DNA of 46,518 nt from Prevotella sp. (GTDB taxonomy: Bacteria; Bacteroidota; Bacteroidia; Bacteroidales; Bacteroidaceae). Within the stretch, counting starts at the first letter, position 1, and the number at the start of each line of letters is the position of its first letter. The stretch is from positions 1-46,518 of the forward strand of contig JAFZPF010000112.1 in the NCBI GenBank assembly GCA_017550455.1, given 5' to 3'. The notes beneath the pieces were generated by a model, which saw only the letters and a list, made by a program, of their open reading frames with translations, was not told the origin of the DNA and searched no databases. A program made the position numbers and the translations under genes. This document shows, piece after piece, positions 39,647-46,518 of the stretch.

Positions 39647-41317
39647 TTATTCCACCGGATATTTCTTATACTTATCCCCATATTGCTCCACCAACTCCTT
39701 TGCCAAGCGTTTCTTATACTCATCGGTAAAGCCCGGACGGACATAGAACTTATCCTTCGGCTCATTATCATGACTGCCCACCGTCTCCGACGGTTTCATC
39801 TGTCGGATAGCGCCATCGGCATATTTCACAATCAGATACTCCCCTAACTTCCGCCACGTCTCCAATACTGTCTGGGCAGTCTGCTGCGTATAACGGGTGA
39901 GATAAGCAACAGCCTCCTTGGGGTTCTCCGCATACAACTGTTGTGCCACCTGCTCCACACCCGGTTGTGACTGCAGGAAAGTCTTCTCCAACATCTGTTG
40001 TGTCACCCTCACATCATTGATCTTCTGGTCATACCATGGATATACCTGGTTAGCCACCCAGTTGCAAACCCAGAAAGAGGAGTTAAACGAGAAGGTATTC
40101 CTGTCGGCAGCTCCTTCAATCTCTTGATAACAATCGGGAACACGGTCGGTGGCACAATACACCGGGGTATATACCGACATGTTCGCATCATCGGTGGCAA
40201 ACCAGAAGATACCTCCTATCGGGTCGGGCAGCCAGGAGCGTAACTGTGCCACAAAGCTCCAGGCTGTCTGTTGGGTGGAGATGGGGCGCTCACAGAAATA
40301 ATCCACGCTATCCACCCTAAAAGCTGTACTCAGACGGTAGGGCGAATGGTAGGCACCGCCACCCATATCTTTCGTCGGGTCGAGCGGTGTACCCTCAAAA
40401 TGATCACGCATCATCTGCTGAAGATCACTCAGTGAAATCAAACGATTGGGCTTGACATACAGTGGCAATGGTGTCTGATCCTGTCCTAAGATATATGGCA
40501 ACCACTTCTCTCCCTGGTCGGTAAAACGGTTGTAGAAACTCCATACACGGGCTTCGCAGGCACGTAACCTACTGAACGTCTGTGGACTATATGCCTTGGC
40601 AAAACTGAAGTCCTTGTCTTTCCCTGTAAAGTACCCTTTCTCACGGGCAAAGGAGATCACGTCGGGGGCATACAGACAGTTCTTCTTGTCATTCCTGTCA
40701 AACTGATGGATCCTGCTTTGGTTCGCATGGGCCGCAATACAGTCATCCGGTATGCGCACAGCCACCCATACAGCCCCTTTGTTACCGGGTCCTTTGCCGA
40801 TCATCTCCATGATCCACGCCTCGTTGGGATCAGCGATGGAGAACGACTCCCCCGTACTGTAATAACCATACTCTTTTACCAAGGAGGTCATCACCTCTAT
40901 CGCCTCTCGCGCTGTCTTAGCCCGTTGCAGAGCAATATATATCAGACTGCCATAGTCAAGGATGGCCGTGGTATCTTTCAGTTCTTTTCTTCCCGTGAAG
41001 GTCGTCTCACCGATCGCTACCTGATGCTCATTGATGTTTCCTATCACGTTGTATGTCTTCTCCACCTGCGGAATCTCCCCTAAGTAGATATGCTCCCCAC
41101 TCCACTGGTATATCTTCAGTTTGTCACCGGCAGGATAGACACCCGCCCCATAGTGAGTCAGAGAACCATATTTGCCATAGAGATCATCGGCATAGGTGAT
41201 AAACACAGAACCGTCTGCCGATGCTTTCTTACCCACAATGAGATTGGTGCAGGCGTTGATGGGTTGTAAACAACTGAGAAAAATGATAACAAATGTCAGA
41301 AAACAAGTTTTTTTCAT
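39647..41317 (-). CDS. C69 family dipeptidase
   Basis: Signal peptide followed by N-terminal nucleophile CTNLIVGK; NEHQVAIGETT. Confidence 0.93.
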   Translation of the reverse strand: MKKTCFLTFVIIFLSCLQPINACTNLIVGKKASADGSVFITYADDLYGKYGSLTHYGAGVYPAGDKLKIYQWSGEHIYLGEIPQVEKTYNVIGNINEHQVAIGETTFTGRKELKDTTAILDYGSLIYIALQRAKTAREAIEVMTSLVKEYGYYSTGESFSIADPNEAWIMEMIGKGPGNKGAVWVAVRIPDDCIAAHANQSRIHQFDRNDKKNCLYAPDVISFAREKGYFTGKDKDFSFAKAYSPQTFSRLRACEARVWSFYNRFTDQGEKWLPYILGQDQTPLPLYVKPNRLISLSDLQQMMRDHFEGTPLDPTKDMGGGAYHSPYRLSTAFRVDSVDYFCERPISTQQTAWSFVAQLRSWLPDPIGGIFWFATDDANMSVYTPVYCATDRVPDCYQEIEGAADRNTFSFNSSFWVCNWVANQVYPWYDQKINDVRVTQQMLEKTFLQSQPGVEQVAQQLYAENPKEAVAYLTRYTQQTAQTVLETWRKLGEYLIVKYADGAIRQMKPSETVGSHDNEPKDKFYVRPGFTDEYKKRLAKELVEQYGDKYKKYPVE

Positions 41318-41492
41318 GATATATTATCTATCGTTGATATTTTTTCTATGACGCAAGAGGAATGTGTCATGTACCATATATATTAAACGGGAAAACATCT
41401 CTTTTATGTTCTTTTTCAACTCTTTTTTTACAATAACATGGCGATTATTGTGCTATTTTGATTAATTTTGCAGCGGATAAATCATTAAGTAT

Positions 41493-41828
41493 ATGCAAGA
41501 AACAAGACAAAATAAGATTTCACGACTCTTACAGAAGGAACTGAGTCTGATCTTCCAGAGTCAGACGCGCATGACGCATGGCATGCTGGTATCTGTGACA
41601 AGAGTAAGGATCAGTCCCGATCTGAGTGTGTGTACGGCCTACCTGAGCGTGTTCCCCTCTGAGAAAGCTGAGGAGACTATCAATAACGTGAATGCGAACA
41701 TGAAAACCATCCGTTATGAGTTGGGCACCCGCATCCGCAATCAGGTACGTATCATCCCCGAGCTGCGCTTCTTCCTGGATGACTCCCTCGACTATATCGA
41801 CCATATCGACGAGCTGCTCAAGAAATAG
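41493..41828 (+). CDS. rbfA: 30S ribosome-binding factor A
   Basis: VTRVRISPDL and RIIPELRFFLDDSL motifs. Confidence 0.96.
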   Translation: MQETRQNKISRLLQKELSLIFQSQTRMTHGMLVSVTRVRISPDLSVCTAYLSVFPSEKAEETINNVNANMKTIRYELGTRIRNQVRIIPELRFFLDDSLDYIDHIDELLKK

Positions 41829-41909
41829 TTCATAGTGCATAGTTCATAGTTTGGAATTCCCGTTCCCCGATTAACTATTAATTATTAACTTTTAATTATT
41901 AACTTTTAA

Positions 41910-43139
41910 ATGAACTTCCCGTTTTACATCGCCAAGAGATATCTCTTCTCAAAGAAGAGCACCAATGCCATCAATATCATCAGTGGCATTAGTGTGGTGG
42001 GCGTTGCTGTGGCTACCATGGCTTTGGTGGTCACGCTGAGTGTGTTCAACGGGTTTCATGACCTGGTGGCAACCTTCTTCACCTCCTTCGACCCCCAACT
42101 GAAGATCACGCCTCTTGAGGGGAAGTCGGCCCCTGCCGATGATCCCTTATTATTAAAGGTGAAACAACTGCCGCAGGTGGATGTCGCCACGGAGTGCGTG
42201 GAAGATAATGCGTTGGCGATCTATAAGAACAAGCAAGCCATGGTGGTGGTGAAAGGAGTGGAAGACAATTTCACGGAGCTCACCCATATCACCGATATCC
42301 TGTATGGCGACGGTGAGTATTCCCTGCATGCCGCCAACTTAGAATATGGCATCTTGGGTATCCGACTGGCAGTGGCGTTAGGCACCGGTGCCCGTTTTCA
42401 GGACTATCTGAAGATCTATGCCCCTAAACGGGAGGGACAGCTCGACATGGCACAGCCCACGGAAGGGTTTGTGGAAGACTCGCTGCTCTCACCGGGGGTG
42501 GTCTTCTCCGTACAACAAGCGAAGTACGACCGCAGTTATATCATCACCTCGTTAGGTTTTGCGCGTAGCCTCTTCGACAAGGAGGGACAGTTGTCTTCTT
42601 TGGAGATCCGTCTGAAGGCAGGCAGTAACTTTGATGCGGTGAAGAAGGAGATGCGTAAGATTGTGGGAGAACGGTATAAGGTGGAGGACCGCTATGAGCA
42701 GCAGGCTGACACTTTCCGTATCATGAAGATAGAGAAGCTCATCGCTTATTTCTTCCTTACGTTTATCCTGATGGTAGCTTGCTTTAACATCATCGGTTCA
42801 CTGTCGATGCTGATGATCGACAAGAAAGACGATGTGGTGACGCTGCGTAACTTAGGGGCTACGGATAAGCAGATCGTGCAGATCTTCCTCTTTGAAGGAA
42901 GAATGATCTCTGCGGCTGGCGCTATCGTGGGAATACTGTTAGGATTGTTATTGTGCTGGCTGCAACAGACTTACGGACTGGTTTCCTTAGGTTCTTCCAG
43001 CGGCAGCTTCGTTATCGATGCTTATCCCGTGAGTGTCCACCCCACGGATATCATCCTGATCTTCATCACCGTACTCGCCGTAGGTTTCCTCGCCGTATGG
43101 TACCCCGTGAGATACTTCGCCAAACGGTTGCTGGGCTGA
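41910..43139 (+). CDS. LolC/E (FtsX-like) ABC transporter permease
   Basis: IAKRYLF, SVFNGF and FNIIGSLSM..DKK..LG motifs. Confidence 0.9.
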   Translation: MNFPFYIAKRYLFSKKSTNAINIISGISVVGVAVATMALVVTLSVFNGFHDLVATFFTSFDPQLKITPLEGKSAPADDPLLLKVKQLPQVDVATECVEDNALAIYKNKQAMVVVKGVEDNFTELTHITDILYGDGEYSLHAANLEYGILGIRLAVALGTGARFQDYLKIYAPKREGQLDMAQPTEGFVEDSLLSPGVVFSVQQAKYDRSYIITSLGFARSLFDKEGQLSSLEIRLKAGSNFDAVKKEMRKIVGERYKVEDRYEQQADTFRIMKIEKLIAYFFLTFILMVACFNIIGSLSMLMIDKKDDVVTLRNLGATDKQIVQIFLFEGRMISAAGAIVGILLGLLLCWLQQTYGLVSLGSSSGSFVIDAYPVSVHPTDIILIFITVLAVGFLAVWYPVRYFAKRLLG

Positions 43140-43340
43140 ACGAAAGTTTCAAAATGGAGGTTATCTTCTACGGAAAGCACTTTAAGCGTTTAATCTTCAG
43201 CAATTTACCGAAAAATTTACCTCTACGGATCTTCTACGAATCTTCTACGGATTTTTATTATTTTATGAGTTTAGGCTTATCCTGTCCCCTCCCCATAGGA
43301 AGGGGTGTTCGATTCATAACGCATAGTCTCTCATCAAATT

Positions 43341-43399
43341 GTAGGGGCAGACTTCATGTCTGCCCGTTGCTACCGGGTAGGGATAAACCCTACCCCTAC
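43341..43399. repeat. GTAG-family REP inverted doublet
   Basis: GTAG-GGGCAGAC-TTCAT-GTCTGCCC and inverted GGGTAGGG-ATAAA-CCCTACCC-CTAC. Confidence 0.85.
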
Positions 43400-43412
43400 G
43401 AATAATATGAGC

Positions 43413-43562
43413 ATTAGTACTTAAACCGATGAGAAAAGGGTACTACAGGCCCGGCCCGTGGTACCCTTTTCACCGACTTTTAGGTACTAATACTCCACTA
43501 ATTAAGTACTAATTAGTCCAGTAAAGGGTACTAATACTCCACTAATTGAGTACTAATTAGTC
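43413..43562. repeat. long hairpin plus two 36 bp direct repeats
   Basis: GGTACTAATACTCCACTAATT(A/G)AGTACTAATTAGTC at 43483-43518 and 43527-43562. Confidence 0.8.
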
Positions 43563-43573
43563 GGCTTTTATTA

Positions 43574-43785
43574 ATATCAGTTGACCTAAAGCACTGAAAG
43601 TGCGTCATAACATAGGCAGGGGTGAAGCGAAGCGGAACCCCTGCGAAAGGGATATCATTAATAAGTGCTGAAGGCACGACAGAATATCTGTCACCCTTTC
43701 AGGGTTTTGATTATTGCATCCATCATAGCAGGGGTTTTGCTACGCTCCACCGCCTGCCTGTAATCTTAACGCCCCTTTGGGGCTT
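43574..43785. repeat. REPIN-like composite element, inverted copy of 33509-33720
   Basis: Colinear reverse-complement similarity over about 210 bp. Confidence 0.85.
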
Positions 43786-43865
43786 AAGTAACAGCAAACA
43801 CTGTTCATATTGGGCCAACTCCTATATTATAGCCTTTATTAATCAATACTCAAGCCCAATTCCAT

Positions 43866-43894
43866 GTGAACAGTGGGACGGTTCCCATGTTCAC
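43866..43894. repeat. TGAACA-stem/GGGAC hairpin
   Basis: GTGAACAGTGGGACGGTTCCCATGTTCAC; relatives at 44214-44243 and 45476-45634. Confidence 0.8.
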
Positions 43895-44091
43895 TTTCCT
43901 GCTGCGATAGCGGGAGAGTCAGTTAATAAAATCCGATGACCGAACATGATGCCGTAGGCATTGCGAGGACTTGTTTGAGCGAAGCGAGTCCCGCAGCAAA
44001 ATGTGAGGAATCGTGATTTTATCTGACTCGAAGCGTGCAGCATGGTCTCTCTTGTTTCCTTCTCTCTGCCGAAACAGAGAGAAGGAAGGTG

Positions 44092-44188
44092 TGTCAACCT
44101 TGTGTCAACCTGTGACAACCTCAAAAAGGTTGCATGCCCAGTGTTTATCAGGGTTGTGTCAACCTGACAACCTTTTTTGCAAAAAAAT
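44092..44188. repeat. about 100 bp dispersed element with TG(T/A)CAACCT units, copy 2
   Basis: Colinear similarity to 14584-14680. Confidence 0.8.
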
Positions 44189-44213
44189 CATAGTAGAAGA
44201 AAAAATGATAAGG

Positions 44214-44243
44214 TGAACAGTGGGACTCACGTCCCCTTGTTCA
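44214..44243. repeat. TGAACA-stem/GGGAC hairpin abutting the ATPase stop codon
   Basis: TGAACAGTGGGACTCACGTCCCCTTGTTCA immediately followed by TTA (minus-strand stop). Confidence 0.8.
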
Positions 44244-45368
44244 TTATTTCTCCTTCCTTACCCATAGAGAGAAAAGCGGATCGTTGAAATGTATGTTGCC
44301 ATCATCATCCATATATATCAGATCCTTGCTTATCATAGCTTTCTTTATTGCCTGGACATTAGCAGATGATTCAAGACGGTACTTTCGCAGAATATCCTTA
44401 CGGGTGAATCCTTGAGTAACTCCATTCGCAATCGCTCGCATGAAATTGTACTGCAGTTCTGTGAGTTGCTCCACGTCAGCCTGAAAGAATGTTTTATTCT
44501 GTTCCAGAAGGTCGTCTATGGCAGAGTCTATATTCTTGTCCGTTGTGGTTCCTTCTGTTTTATACCATGTTATCCATGAAAGTTGCTGCACATACGATGA
44601 CTGACACGCAGTGACATTACAGATGCGCTCGGCCTGCTTCTCGCTTATACTTTTCCCCGTATTAGAGAAGTTGCGGCAGATGAAAGGTATCCATTCCGTG
44701 ATCTCGATTTTCTTAAGGAACATCATATCGCCGAACTTAAAGAATGGCATACTTTTGTTGGAAAAGAAATTCTCCATGAGATGTTTCTTACTTCCGAACA
44801 TGCAGTATGTAACATCCTGTTGATGCTGCCACATGCTACGCAGTTTCTTTTGGAAATCAACGGAAGAAGGAAACTCTGCTATTTGCTGGAACTCGTCAAG
44901 GCAAACTATAATCTTCTTCCCCTTCTTCTCGGCTATTTTCTGTGGCAACGAGAGTATCTCGTCCTCTGTATCATCGCACTCATTCCATTCAAAGGACAAG
45001 CTAAAGTCATTGAGAGGGTCTGAACCAAAAGAAAACTTTGGAGTGATACCACTTAGGAATGTCTTTACCGTCTCCACCCATTCGTCTATCTTTGAAGACG
45101 TCTGTTTGATAACGCATGTTGAAAAATTACGATAGAACTCATACTCTGACTTGCATCGAAATACGTCGACAAAGACGGTGAGGAATCTCTCATCGTCAAT
45201 ACTACTTAAAACGTTCTTAACAAGCGAAGTCTTTCCCCATCGGCGTGGGGAGATGATTACTGTATTCATTCCATGCGTCAGATTTGCATTCAGTCGCTTG
45301 CGGTCTTCTACACGGTTGATGAAATACTCACCCTCTGCAGCCTTGCCTATGATAAAAGGATTCTCCAT
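44244..45368 (-). CDS. archaeal-type AAA/P-loop ATPase with C-terminal winged helix
   Basis: ENPFIIG..FINR; Walker A SPRRWGKTS; Walker B VCLDEFQ; FNDPLFSLW. Confidence 0.88.
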   Translation of the reverse strand: MENPFIIGKAAEGEYFINRVEDRKRLNANLTHGMNTVIISPRRWGKTSLVKNVLSSIDDERFLTVFVDVFRCKSEYEFYRNFSTCVIKQTSSKIDEWVETVKTFLSGITPKFSFGSDPLNDFSLSFEWNECDDTEDEILSLPQKIAEKKGKKIIVCLDEFQQIAEFPSSVDFQKKLRSMWQHQQDVTYCMFGSKKHLMENFFSNKSMPFFKFGDMMFLKKIEITEWIPFICRNFSNTGKSISEKQAERICNVTACQSSYVQQLSWITWYKTEGTTTDKNIDSAIDDLLEQNKTFFQADVEQLTELQYNFMRAIANGVTQGFTRKDILRKYRLESSANVQAIKKAMISKDLIYMDDDGNIHFNDPLFSLWVRKEK

Positions 45369-45475
45369 ATTCCTACACGATAATTACTTTTTGATGGTGC
45401 AAAGGTAGTAATAAAAAATAAAAGTAACAAACCTTTTAGTAAGAAGTTTATTACTAATAGAAGTATAACTTTATT

Positions 45476-45634
45476 TGAACAGGGGGACTCGTGTTCATTT
45501 GAACAGCGGGACCGTGTTCATTTTATTTCTGATGCAAAAATACAACTTATTTCAATATACTCCAAATATATCAAACTATAATGAACACTTAGAGTCCCCA
45601 TGTTCACCATGTTCATTCAGGGTTCCCGTGTTCA
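45476..45634. repeat. cluster of TGAACA...TGTTCA hairpins and half-sites
   Basis: Units at 45476-45497, 45500-45520 and 45582-45606; half-sites at 45607-45615 and 45621-45634. Confidence 0.8.
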
Positions 45635-45639
45635 TGTTA

Positions 45640-46086
45640 CTATACTCCTCTGTATGTGATAGAGAAAGATCTTGCATATGGCAGATATATCCTTCTATAT
45701 GAATAGACAGTATCAACTAATTTATTATCACGTATGTCTATCCATTTCTTTATTTTATCCTCCGATGATGCAAAAGCTACAAATACACTATCTCCAATAT
45801 TATCGATTGTACCTCCCCCACTCCATTTAGCTTCATCATAATAAGTCCTCCATCTAATATCGATCTCTTTTGTGCTAAGAGCATCAATTGATTCAAACTG
45901 TTGATTGGATTCTAAGATTGATTCTCCATTAAAGCGAGAACCATGAACAGCAACAAATAATTCCTTTTCAGTCAGATTATGAATATAGATAGACAAGTTA
46001 CTGTCTGGTTCTAACTCACAACCACGACAACATGATAAGAAAAAGGGTAATAAAACTCCAACGGTCACGTATAAATATTTTTTCAT
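45640..46086 (-). CDS. AT-rich lipoprotein, candidate immunity protein
   Basis: MKKYLYVTVGVLLPFFLSC lipobox; starts 17 bp after the toxin-like fragment. Confidence 0.7.
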   Translation of the reverse strand: MKKYLYVTVGVLLPFFLSCCRGCELEPDSNLSIYIHNLTEKELFVAVHGSRFNGESILESNQQFESIDALSTKEIDIRWRTYYDEAKWSGGGTIDNIGDSVFVAFASSEDKIKKWIDIRDNKLVDTVYSYRRIYLPYARSFSITYRGV

Positions 46087-46102
46087 ATATAAAATGGTGT
46101 TT

Positions 46103-46378
46103 TCAGTTATTTTTTTTGTAGTAATAATCTATAATTCTGTCAATATTGACTGGATATTCCTCATACTTCCAAGGTATTCCTTTTTTCCTAAAATATTTTT
46201 CAGCTTTTTGATTTGCATTAACTTCAAACCATCGGGTTAAATGCTTATCTACGCTGAAGACTTCGTCGACATGAAGATGATCTTCGATAAGAGCATGCCA
46301 GTCATTATCTATTTTACTGCTAAGTAGGCTTGGAATACCAACTGAAAAAAGATATCCCCAACCATATTCTTGACTTTG
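46103..46378 (-). pseudogene. C-terminal fragment of an Rhs-type zincin-like toxin domain
   Basis: IQSQEYGWGYLFSVGIPSLLS...RWFEVNANQKA resembles the sequence following HEYGH in Bacteroidetes Rhs tips; the HExxH motif is replaced by repeat-derived sequence. Confidence 0.6.
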
Positions 46379-46413
46379 GATCAAACGGGGACGGTGCTCA
46401 AATGATCCGTTTT
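46379..46413. repeat. GATCA-stem/GGGGACGGT-loop hairpin, copy 2
   Basis: 31 of 35 nt identical to 31050-31084, same orientation. Confidence 0.85.
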
Positions 46414-46518
46414 CAGGATTTGCCGAGAGTCGTTTACTTGAATGTTTTGTTATAATAGTCAACAATTTCTTCATATTCTATCCTTATTATTCTTATGTTT
46501 TAAACGATTAATAATTCC

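Noticed and set aside
43483-43562. Two 36-bp direct repeats resembling a CRISPR repeat length
   Set aside because: Only two units with an 8-bp spacer and no cas genes; not an array.
45476-45634. TGAACA hairpin cluster as CRISPR or integron attC array
   Set aside because: Irregular spacing, variable units, no GTTRRRY/RYYYAAC ends, and no IntI-like integrase in the window.

Overview
Bacteroidales chromosomal DNA, most likely a Prevotella-like organism (TAnnTTTG promoters, gene content and order). The backbone is housekeeping: secDF, EEP-domain gene, rhomboid, HU, kduI-kduD, tRNA-Gln, tyrS-yidD-rnpA-hemD-metK, M16/S41/C69 peptidases, xerD-aroQ-O-methyltransferase, GH29 fucosidase, type II PanK, KdgF cupin, tatA, patatin, a cobalamin-riboswitch btuB-G-F-C locus, rbfA and a LolE-like permease. 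Four accessory patches (14.1-15.0, 28.3-31.6, 33.3-34.1 and 43.1-46.5 kb) are mosaics of REP/REPIN-like hairpin elements, IS110 and IS3 remnants and AT-rich orphan genes. The most striking pattern occurs four times: a hairpin element abuts the headless 3' tail of a (probable) toxin gene, followed by a complete antitoxin- or immunity-like gene. This suggests hairpin-directed capture or trimming that keeps antidote genes and loses toxins. No enzyme for such a process is encoded in the window, so it remains a hypothesis. All homology calls are by eye, without database searches.
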